Of a stretch of 64,000 bases of DNA, positions 41,001-53,000 are shown in pieces (the stretch's first letter is position 1; the number at the start of each line of letters is the position of its first letter). This DNA comes from Priapulus caudatus. Taxonomy: Eukaryota. The stretch spans positions 301,111 to 365,110 of the forward strand of contig NW_014577073.1 of the NCBI RefSeq assembly GCF_000485595.1, in the 5' to 3' direction. Below the pieces are notes generated by a model. The model saw nothing but the letters and a program-made list of their open reading frames with translations. It was not told the origin of the DNA and made no database searches. Made by a program: the position numbers and the translations under genes.

Positions 41001-44000
41001 AGGGAGACATGGCTGAATGCAGGGATCATGCCAACTCTCTCGACATCGAGCTTGCCAAGTCTGCGAACCGCTGCGAGGTACTCAACTCATGCACGCACGC
41101 ACGCACGCACGCACGTGCGCACACTACATTGCAAGCAAGCAAGTCTTGTTAGTCTGTGAACTACTGTGAGGTGACACACGCACACTACATCCTGCTTGTG
41201 AAGTTTGCAATGAGCTACAAGGTGACACGTACATGCTTATCACACACACATATATGCACTTACACACGCACGCACGCACGCACGCATGCACACACACTTG
41301 AACACACACTCTACATACTGCATGCGAAGTTTGCAAAATGCTAGAAGGTAACACATACAAGCTCATCACAAGTGTGGACGCATGTGCACACAAACACATA
41401 CACACACACTCCATACTATTTTCCAAATATGCTAATAACTGCTGCAATGTGCACACATACCGGTAGTGGGGTGATAATAGCTGTGGTCGTATAGAAAACA
41501 TATTGCACAGCAGCAAATCTGATCTTGATCGGTGTAAAGTAGCATCAACAAACTTTAACGGCGTTATAGCTAGTCGGCAGTACACAGTAACTCTACAATA
41601 TTGATTGCACGGTCGCAGTTTGATTAAATTAAGTAGTAGGAAAGTAACGTTGGCACAGTACCAACGCTGATAAAAGATGCATGCGATGTGATTGCGAATT
41701 CTGGAAAAGACGGGAAAAATAACGGCTAAGAGGCTATGAGTAGAGATGGCTGCCTCACTAGTGTCGCGACTCTAACCTGTGACACACTAATCTGTGACAA
41801 GCTAACATGTGACACATTAAGCTGTGACAAGCTAACCTGTGACACACTAAGCTGCGACAAGCTAACCTGTGACACAGTAAGCTGTGACAAGCTAACCTGT
41901 GACAAGCTAACCTGTGACACACTAAGCTGTGACAAGCTAACCTGTGACAAGCTAACCTGTGACAAGCTAACCTGTGACACATTAAGCTGTGACAAGCTAA
42001 CCTGTGACACACTAAGCTGCGACAAGCTAACCTGTGACACACTAATCTGCGACAAGCTAACCTGTGACACACTAATCTGCGATGGCACGCGCGTGTTTGT
42101 CTGTTGGCAGATGCTGCAGCAGATGAATGCCACGCTAGAGGAGGAGAACAAGACGCTGATGAACCACATCTCTGCATTGCTCACGCAGAACCAGGACCTG
42201 CTATTTCAGACGCTCGAGAGCAAGGACCAGTTCTACGAGGAACAGCGCGCCTTCTCGTACGTAAACGCGTGCGCGCGGATGTTAGAGTAGTTACAGCTCA
42301 CAGTCACGCTGCATTCGGTATGCAGGGGCCCGGCATCTATCGTCGAAAAACACAATTTTCTTTACGTTAGTCTTAACAGGTCACGTTTTTTTTTATAGAT
42401 TAAGGACATGGTAAAGTTACTAGTTTCACATGCGCAGTGTATAGAGAGGTCCAGTCTGTGAGAAAAAGTTCACGTTACGGCTAATGTTAAGACTAATCTT
42501 GTTGCTCACAACGGACCCCAGCATCCTGCGTGATACGTCATACTGGGGCGAGCAGCATGTAGGGTGGTTGTGGCAATGGGGGCAGCTGCCCCTGGATTTT
42601 TTCCCGCAAAATAATATCATAGACCTAATGACTGTAATTACCCCTAAAGTAAATGTAATGAATAATAGAATGCAATTTTCTTCTGTCTAATCTACATATT
42701 GTTTATCTTATTTTCGAGAACACAATGCCTGGCTATTAGTCGGTTGAATTGGTTCAGTTACGTTTCTCCCTCTTGGGAATTTATTTAGGTTATGGCTTTG
42801 CAGCGGGAGAGTGTTGGAGCAGCTAAGCCTAGTATGCACTACATTTTAACAGTTGATAGCACACTTGTCAATCAAGTATGGCATGTGCGATGGTCGCTAC
42901 TGCCATACCGATAAGAGCTTTTGTATCAACAGAGACAAGCTGAATACGCTAAAGAGGCAGAAGGAGAAGCTGGAAGAGAAGATTATAGATCAGTACAAGA
43001 AGATGGCATATGATGCGTCAGCATCGCCTAAAAAGTGAGTCAGATTATACAATCAGATCAGATCAGATATAATACAATTATTCTTCCTTTATATTTATTT
43101 AATAGTGTTATATAAAAGTGTTAAATGAGGATTTTACGGTTTATTTAGCTGTCAAAGCCATGTTGTTACTAATATATTAATTAGGTACCTTGAAGACAGA
43201 TTGTGGAAGGATGTATGGATGGATGGATGGACAGACAGACAGACATTCAGAGGGATGAATAGATAAGGGTATGCCCAGAAATGTATGGATCAATTGGTAT
43301 ACTGGTGCTAAGTAGGTTTATGTTTTTCTAGGAATACAAAGAAGTTTGGAGGAATTGTGAGGAAGGCTAGAGGATTCATGTCCAGGGTATGTCGAATCTT
43401 AACTTACTTTTTCTCAACTAACTTTACAATGTACATTTATGCTCAGTACAGTATTTAGTCAGTCTTAAAGAAATGATTAAATCGAACTACTACACAGCAA
43501 ACAACGTGCGTCTGTCGCATCAATGCACACGTCAGTCCATGTCTTGTAATAATAAATGTACAAAAAAGATATAATTGCGTACGCATCATATACGTGGTTA
43601 ACAGTTACTGTACTGTGTACATACGTCAATGCTGCTTCGTCAATTAATGCTGGTCACCCGGTGAACAGTTATCCCTCCTACGAAATGGTGGCGAATTGAT
43701 AACTTTGATTATCTAAGTGAGGGAGGGGTCTTTGTGTGTGTGTGTGTGTGTGTGTTGGAGGGGGGGGGATTGTGTGCGAGCATGTGCAGTGGTCCCACCG
43801 TGTATGTACGTATGTGTCTTGCATGCTTGGCTTCACCTGGCTGTCTCTTGTTTTCTTGATGCTCACCAGCGCCAACTGGAGGTAATTTTCGACTTCAGTT
43901 TCATTCATCTTGATTTTGTTCATGTTTTATTAAGATATGTTTTATGTGTATCGAGTGCATTTTCAATAATGAAAAGAACACAGGGAATATGCAGGGGTGT

Positions 44001-47000
44001 GGGGAGCAAGGAAGGATGCAAGTTAAGGAAAAGGTAGTGTATAAGAGGGGTTATTTCACAAGCAGTCCTAAAGAAAGTAGCAAAAACTTTCAATTATATT
44101 TTTGGTAAATACATTTGTAGATGTGCATGTCAAAAGTTGCGAAAGTAAAAGACAGGTTTGCATAAAGGGAGTAAAGTAAAGGGTTTTCATTACACCAACT
44201 GGCAAGTAAATAAACATAATATAAGGGTATGACTTTGTAGGAGAATATGCATCGTAATTAAATTCAAAACAAGACGAGAAAAGGAGAGTCAAGTTATGAT
44301 AAAACGATAAGATTGATGAGCTGACATATAGGAACATCACATTTATAAATAGCTGTAGCTTAATGTTGATTTCCCGAAGTGTTATTATGTGTGCTTGCAT
44401 TAGTCAGACTTTCCATCAGCCGTGAAATTCTTTAAAACATTTTTAATGTTTTGAACTCTTTCTGAAATCCGTTGAAAAAAATTTCTGAAAAGCACTGAAA
44501 AAGTTTTGTTCAAATTCAAAAAAATTCACAGATATGTTTGGAGATTTTTGTGATGAAATGAACAGCTTCTGGTTTGAAATTGTGTGTAATGGTTGTTTTC
44601 TAGCAATCGTTATACAGTTGTGATCCATCCCTGTTTTTAAATACAAACTATGTTTCTCTGTAAAATTAGCTCTACAACTTTTGTCAAGATCTGCTGGAAT
44701 GCCTGATTAGTGGATCTAGATCCTTTCATGTTGCATGTTTCTAAACTATTACTGAGTCACTCTGCTAACCAATCAGTATAGCATTAGATTTGAAGAACAG
44801 TACACTCGTAACTTGTGTGACTTCACTCTGGGTGGTAATGTATCCTGTCCCGTTTCTGGTTTACCTGAAATGAAGTCTACATGCCATGCATGCTAAGCGC
44901 GTTTAACATTTAAAAAGCCGCAGATGATTCAGTCGTAATTTTCTAGCGACATAATGTACTGTAACCGATGCAAGCTTGCTAACTGCTTTGCTCAGCGGCT
45001 TTACGTGTTTACACGAGTAGTTGCGGAAAATCGTACTAACCACTCGTATTTGCATGCTAACTATAGTGGTAGTGGTGTCGGCTCCGCACTGAATGCCTGT
45101 AGCACTAGCTAAACTAACTGTTTCTCTCTTTATTTCAATGCTTTTATCTGCCCGTGTGCAGAATAACAACCTGGCAATCTCTGGACCTGTAAATATACCC
45201 GTAAGTAACGTACCATACATGGAATATCGCAATTCCTTGCTGATAGTTTACGCGTAAGCTTTTGTAACTAACCTGCTGGTGATATTACAAAATAGTAAAA
45301 TATGACAATTTAATGATGAGATAATTTTTGCCTGAACGCTACCAGCCCACGCGCATGGAGTTCGGTGTTTGTCGCATGTATCTGTATTTTTTAAAGCCTA
45401 ATAGATAATTATACACACGTTTTTTTCGTACGGTTTTAATTGACGCAATTTCTATTGGAAGCAAGAAGTCATCTTAGATGAGATTATAATTATTTAAATG
45501 ATATACCGCAGCGGAACAGCTAGGTAGTAACTAGATGCATATTCATGCCATAGAAACACAGTAGTGGTACGCACATTCTCATATACTGAACAGCAACGTA
45601 GCCCGAGGTTTCAGCTAGTCCATGATTATAATATAAACATCACGAGTGGGGTTATGGGATGTACAATTGTAAGTGCAGGGAAGAAAGCACGAGCTATGAG
45701 GTTACTTCTCATAACCTGCCCCGCTGGGACTTGGCCACATGTCCTGAAGCCCTTTGTCAGAAACGTATGAATTGTCATAACCAGTGATCTGCAAAAATTA
45801 GATGAGTCATTTCAGACTAATAAAATCATGCAATTAAAATGAATTTAAATTAAATTAAAGTTTAATCGATAGCGGCAACTATTCGCGAAGGGGTTTGGCA
45901 ACGCGCGGTTACTGCAGGGAACGATAGCAACACTTTGAACATGGCCGCAGCGGCGGCGTCTGTCATCGGCGCGACTTATATCGCTCGTAATATGTGTTCG
46001 CAGAAGCAGACGCGGGAGGTGCGGGAGGTGTGCGTCGGCAAGCACGGATCGCCCGAGCTCTCCGACGGACAGGACACGTCTTCGCAGGGATCTGCCGACC
46101 TGATGCCCGGTAAGCATGCGAACGTATTTCTCTTTGCGATGTAGGGTGTCGGGAGGGAGGGGGGCAGCCGACGTCGCGCGGTTAAGAATATACGTTTCGT
46201 CGTCTGAGCTCGTGCATGCGTGCGGTCTTCAACCGACGCCACGACTGGATCGTGCGCAGAATGGATGCGAGTACGGGGCACCGAGAAGCGAGAGAGCTCG
46301 TGCGTTCACGAGAGAGTGTCGCGGTTGGAAGGAAATACGAAGAGCCTCGTAGTAAGAATACGGGAGTGTTCCTCCCCCCCACCTCGAGGAGTTTTACTCC
46401 CGCGATGAGAAATTAAACGCGTCCTCGCTTGCCTCCACGTTATCCCTGTACCGTTCCCCTCCCTCCCCCGTCAGCACGTAGGTTACACGTATTTGTTGAT
46501 TTTCTACTCTTTGAGTTTTAAAGTCGGTTTGTTTTTTCGTGCTTTTTCTTCATCGCTGCCTCTCGCTGGCTACTGTACAGTGGATGTACCGGGAAGGTTA
46601 GATGTGAGAAAGGCGCTCGCGCGAAAGCGGTCAAAGTAAGGCGTTGATGTCCGATGTCCCTGCCTGGCTGGTGCACATGTAGCCGCAAAACACTGTCTCG
46701 TCGGCACAGCCGGGCCTGTCACGCACACGCGCAGTGTCTCTTACTCTCTCTGTGTGTGTTTGTGTGTGCGTGGCAAGTGTCGGTCTCCTGAGCATATCAC
46801 AGCCTCTAGAGAGCAATGTTTCACCCTGTACGGGCGTGCATGCGAGGGGAGAAGTGGGAGCCTAGCGCCCGCGTTCGTTCTAGGAGAGAGCTTGCGTTAT
46901 TTCGGAGTGTCCTCGTGCTGGGGTTATAATCCGTAGCCCTGAACCCCCCCCCCCTCTCTCTCTCGGCGTAGCTTAGCTGGGAAGTAGAGTGGTGCGCGTA

Positions 47001-50000
47001 CACGGAGTCTTGCAGATCCTTGAGATGGGTCACCTACCGTTGTCATAGTTACCGACAGCGCTACTCGTTACGGCCAATCACGCTTGGTGTTCACTTCTAT
47101 TCTTGCATGTTGTTTTGAACTAACACCGCTAACCATTTTGGTGAAGTGCTGTTTTTGACACTGATGTTCATTTGTTTCTTTTGTGGGTATATGTGTGATG
47201 CAGCTGCTTCTTGTAAATTGATGGTTCAAGTGCAGTGACATTATCAAAGCAGGACACGGGCATATGTATTCACGCCCGCGTCTCTCCCTGTTTAAAATAA
47301 ATGAACATCATTTAGACAAAAACTGCACAGGTACCAATCCTTTTGCATGTGCTCTCTTTATGTTTGTAATTGTATATGGTTCTACCCATAACGAAATAAC
47401 ATGTTATACTGTCAGCTAATTGTGGGTATTCGTTGTGTAAGGGTTGTCTGTCTATATGTCATTATAAGAGGGTGCAAGAAAATGCAATGTGATATTGCAC
47501 ATAAAAGATATTTTGTATATATACATGTGTAGGGTATATACATATGTATTACAAAATATTGAACGATTCTTATTATGTTTTTGTATCTTTGACAAGCGTA
47601 TTTTTATACGTGTTTATATAGATTAACTAATAAATCCCAAGAAAAACATAAAAGCAATCTGGCAGATGTTAGGAAATAGGTAGTCATTAATTGAATATGT
47701 TCGATGTTTGGCGATGATGATGATTCTTGTAGTTCAACTTGTCAAGTAACATGTGGGACCGGGATGCTACTGTGACGATCTGCAGTGCTAACACCTAATG
47801 TTTATTTTGTCATGAGACTATCATTATTTTATTCAGCGCAAACTTTCGCGATACAGCTTTAATTGGAAGTTGAGTGAGTGCCAGCTCTCATGACATTAGT
47901 ATAGTTCGTCGGCACAAGAAATAGCGGCAATTTCATCGTGACTTTTGGTTATATGGTCTGTCACATAGGGTCAGGCAATGGAAATATTCTATATAAAGAT
48001 AGGAATAATAAATATAGCCGTTTATTTGGCCAGTAGATGGAAGCACATCTCCAGGAATACCCTCACACTTACAAACTGTTATTGCTGAATTGGCTCGATT
48101 CTTGAGAAAGTCCCCCTGTAGAGAATATTATAAAATCACTGTGGAACTATGCATAACGAGGTAGCGTAGATTCCATCACGCTATTCTAGCGTGGTCCGCT
48201 TTACCAAATAGCTGTAGGGAGGAAATGAGATGAGCATGCAGATTAATTAGGCAATCACGTGAGCGTTACCTCGCCGTCGCGTGAATTTCCTCTGCAGTTC
48301 GTGGTTTAGCATTGTGAAGTTTTGCTCTTTTGTAATATAGTTTCATGCATGTGCATGATTAGAAACCTGTGCATGAAACTCTTACGCGTGCCGTAGTCTA
48401 TAGTGGACCAGTACGACCCGCAGGTCTAGCATGATCCATTGGATAGAGCAGGCAGTTTTGCGCATGTAATTCTTGCATTTTGATGCGAATTGCTCAATAT
48501 AACGATTCGCATTCAACATTTTGTTTATTTCATTAGTGAATATAACCATTAATATAGAAAGTGTTACTGTTAAGTTTGATAGGTAGATTATTGACCGAGT
48601 ATGAAGTATAAAATTTGTTTCCCGTGATAACAGCCGTCTTACTATTTGGTCGGCATGGTAACCAAACATAACTAACATACTTTTATTCAGTACAAGGGCT
48701 ATGAGAATAATCACTAAACTGACAGAAAATGTCCGTTTGGTGATAGTTTGTGCAGCTAACCACCGAGTTGAAATATTGAAACACGAGTTTAAACGGCGTC
48801 AATTCATGATTTACAATCATACAAAAAGACGAAAGTGTCAAGACGAAATGTTGCTGCTTTATACGGCTGGCTAGCAGTGTCAGCTATCTATTTGCAATTT
48901 GCTATCTATGGCTAGCTGCGTGTGCTAGTTGTTTATTAATAGCTCTGTACGACGGCTACCTGTGTGCAGTTAGTTGTATGTGGCCTGTATGTCTGCATAG
49001 CTAGTAGTGTGTCGCTATCTGTATGTCCGACTACCTATGTGCGGGTAGCTATGCATAGCTAGCTGAATACGGCATGCTATGTGTGGCTAGCCACGTGCTG
49101 TCCGTGTGCTAGCTGTGTGTGGCTATGCCTGTATATAGGTAGCGATGTCCAGCTGGCTACGCGTTGTTAGCTATGTGGCGTTTTTAGCTGCTAGCTGTGT
49201 GCTGGACGTAGCTCTACCGGTGCAACACCTTGGCTACAGGAGCTACACCGGTAGAGCTATGCTGAGTGTATAGCCGCTACACTGGTGATAGCTAGGAGTG
49301 CGGCTATCAGCTAGCAGCTAGCAGCTGGTGTGTGTGCTGGATGTCTGTGCGTGTTTTCAACTGCATGACACGCGCGCATGCCATTCATCTGACGCGTGTG
49401 GTGTTTTCTTCTTTCAGGTCCAGACCGCGTCACTAGGGGCTGTAACTTGGTGGCCTGCCTAAGGCCGGATAAGCGAATGACCATGTCCTCAGCTTCCATC
49501 CATTCCCTCGTGTCCGATTAGAATGCATGTAGAGTGTCTTGGTGTCGCAGGTGAAACTACAGTTTCGAGGTGGCAAAATCCGGGTTTCGTGTGGTGCGTA
49601 TAGCGAGCACACCTTGCTGGCCACCGGCGTTGTGTCCTAAATGGCTCAAGCAAAGCGGCTAAAATTGTATTCTCACCTGGAGTTTAAGGCCCCGATGCTT
49701 GTTTGTAACTGCACCCAAAAGCGTGATTGCTTGCAATAGTTAAATACCCGAGTTTGTGCTGCCCTCTGCCACTGCCAGGCAAGGTGACAAACTTGCTCTG
49801 CAGTACGCTGAATCGCATCGACACCCTTCATACACGAGCATGTACATTACGCTATGATATTCATTATGCATCGAGTGCGCTAACGTTTCATTAACACTAA
49901 TTGCATAGGGTAAGCGCTGCGGAGAAACAGGGTAAACGTAGACCGAGACGTAGCGTGAATAAGGTGGTAGTGGTGGGTGGGGGTGCAGACTAGGTCGTTA

Positions 50001-53000
50001 ATTGGCTCGTGATGCCAGCATCTCTCCGAGTAATCAGGATAATAACAACATACAAGTACGCTCGATGTGTAAACCTTAAGTGTGATATGCCCTCATTGGG
50101 TCACTTATTAGTAGGTAGGTAGTGGCGGCCTATGCCTGGTGAATCATTGTAATGGCCAGAGCCATACCTATCTAGTCAGGAAGCCAAGAGATGGTTGTAG
50201 TGTGACTTATTGTTACGCGGTGTGTCTCGTGTGCAGCTAGGCTGCAAAGCCTGTTGCTTTTTAAACTGGTGGCGGGACTGTGTTGCTGTCGTTTGCATGC
50301 TTGTCTGCTCTGCTGCTCCATCAGCTAATAACAAACGTTGCCTGTGTACTGTCCGTGTAGCCGTATTGTCCTGTGTTGTGCGTATCGCATATACTCGTGC
50401 TATGGCTCACTTTGAGGTTTTGTTTTCGGCTACTCTCTGCGGATCTATCTGCACTTGCTTTCGATAACCACGCTGATGATTACTGTGAAACGTTATATTG
50501 TAATATATAATATAATAATATATATTATATACTATATAATATATGTGGTTGCGTATAGTGTAAATCCAATTCGGTGACCTGAAATGGGGGTTGGAGGGCA
50601 GGCCAATTGTCACCCATTGGCAATTATTGTCCATTCGGCAGTGTAAAAGTGTGCCTTTGGCATTCTGTGATACAATGTTTGGGGGAAAAACAACAGCGTG
50701 GTAGCAATTCGAAAGGTGTTACGCCATCGTTTTACGATAATTCAGTAGCGCAGAACAAAATTTTGACTGATACGAGAAGCCTGTGGTGAATGACCATGCA
50801 GATGTTCTCATGGTTGATTGTACAGTTATCTATGTCGCCAGTCATGTGTCTTATCTAACACCGAACGAACGATTGAGAGCGGGTTAACTTTATTTTTTTA
50901 TCGACTTCTGCGAGTTTTTTTCCCTACTTATAATTTGTTGTGCGTTATTTCTCTGTTATTTGTTCTCAGTTGCTCGATATTTCAAGGGACATTATTTGCC
51001 ATTTTATTTACGGTCGGTTGATTTTCGCACGGCCAGCTTCGTCCCCTCTGTGTTTCCAAACATCTCTGTCTCGTGGCTGTGAATGTAGTGCCTATCTTCG
51101 CTTGTCCTGGTGATTGGGAGGCAACACGCCGACTGTGCATACTAATTAATTAGATAACCCTGGTGATGGACTATGGCATTGCTCGCGCTGAGTAAATGTG
51201 CATCAGCGGTTCACCTGTGTGCTTGTCTTACCTGTGGTGCGTCGGCGTTGGGGTACGGGGCGTATTGGAATACCAGGGTGCCGTTGTCAGAATGATCCAT
51301 GCGTGCGTTTACACTTATTGCAAATGTCTGGATTTCTTTTTATTTGGGGTTTATGAGGAAAATGTTACTCGATGACAATTCTGAATCCTAAACGATGGTA
51401 TCCTAATACAGGGTATAATCCTAGCCTCTTCTCGGAAACGTTCAATGAACTCAAATCTGCTTCACAGTGTGTTTCTAGCATGGTCTTTACTTGCGGTCGT
51501 TCTGACAATATCACCCATGTGTGAAAACCCCCGAATAACATGTTGCTAAATCGGTGAAACCCGCTGGTACCATGGGTATGTTAACTGCATAATATTTATT
51601 CTTCTCGGTATATAGTTTTAAGTCGGAGTTAACCTTAGGTTGGGTATTGTTAAGTTCGAGCTTCGAGGTACGTATTATATCCGGTAATCACCACCGTACT
51701 TTGATTGCTTCGCGTTTGCAGTGATTTCGTATTTTTAAACAATACGAATAAGTGGTGAAATAATAAGTAAGTAAATACAGAGACGAAAGAGCAGTAGCTA
51801 GCTGTGTCTGACTAGGCTGGGTCTCAGTATGAAACTTACAGTTGCCACTGCTCATTGTGTGCGTGTATGGTTACTAGAATTAGGATTCTTCCATTGCTTG
51901 CTTGGTGCTAAATACTCATGCTGCCGTCTAGCTTTGTACAGTCTTAGATGCCTTCATGTTATCCCCCCACAAAATCAAAATATTTATAGACGTTTAGACT
52001 GTACTAGTGCGGCTTTTGTTGTTAGATTTGTTTTCATAGGGCGCCTATATTGTAATAATATGATTTGCCAGGTTAGTTTTAACTTTGTTATGTTTATTAT
52101 TTTAGGTTTTTGTTATAGATGGCATTGTGGTTATTTTAAAGCAATTGTTTGTAGAAACACGTTGCCGTTTAGGTGACTATTATAGGTAGATGTTAACTAC
52201 AGAGATATTTATATACACGATTGTCAATTTTTAGTTCAGGCATACTACATTCAGTCGATTCTTAATTAGGGATTTAACTATTTGTAATAAGAGATTACAT
52301 CCCATGAACACAAGGCACAGTGTAGGCTACAATATATAATGCTCAAACGACTAGCGTTCATGGGATCGTTTTATATGTATTTTGTACAGTCATAAACCAA
52401 CTTCGATTTTAATTGGTTGCAAGTAATGATATTTTTTCTCCAGAAATACATATTGCTTCACGAGCGTGTTAAAATTGAAATAATGATATAATCCATATTG
52501 ATAATAGTACCACATGGCACCTGCCTGCGAAGCTCTATCCTTCTGAATGGAATTGAAACATTTGCATAGAATTATATAGAATTATATGCATAGAGCAACA
52601 TTTCAAGGAACGTATTAAGATTTCATGACTTGCGGGTATTGTCGGTAATTTAGGGCATAATATCACAATATAATTATATAAAGCAGTAAAGGACCGTTAA
52701 GTAGGCTAGGCTAGGCCTGCTCACTGGTGGAAAACCCGAGGGTGATGTTTAATGATAAAATATAAATTAGCATTGATAAGGTTAGTGAATTCACATAAAG
52801 TAGTTTCTTGTGTAGGGCGGACTACTGGTTGTCAAAGCCCTTAGTTTTATGTAATTCTATTAATAAGTCACTAGAATACCGCACAGGATTACCCTGACAT
52901 GATAAACTGTGTTATATTTTAGTATTCTAACATCGTAACTCTCATAGCTGCATGGTCAGTAAAGCTCTCGTTTATGCAACGCCAGTGCTTATATAAGTTT

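Larger units (their letters stand above)
27543..43670 (+). other. Copy B of the ~16 kb duplicate; indel-ridden at its 5' end, largely clean after about 31400
   Basis: Exons in about 28150-30790 are frameshifted, whereas those from 31437 onward are intact except 34271-34850. Confidence 0.93.

Noticed and set aside
41736..42290. 184-aa Cys-rich TCDKL repeat protein
   Set aside because: It is the translation of an intronic minisatellite that happens to be in frame with the exon at 42111.
48880..49330. Structured RNA in the gcta/tagc-rich stretch
   Set aside because: Low-complexity degenerate repeat; only the 50-bp hairpin is well defined.
50473..50494. Minimal hammerhead ribozyme core (ctgatga ttactgt gaaacgtt)
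   Set aside because: The flanks cannot form stem I and stem II is not convincing; probably a chance match.
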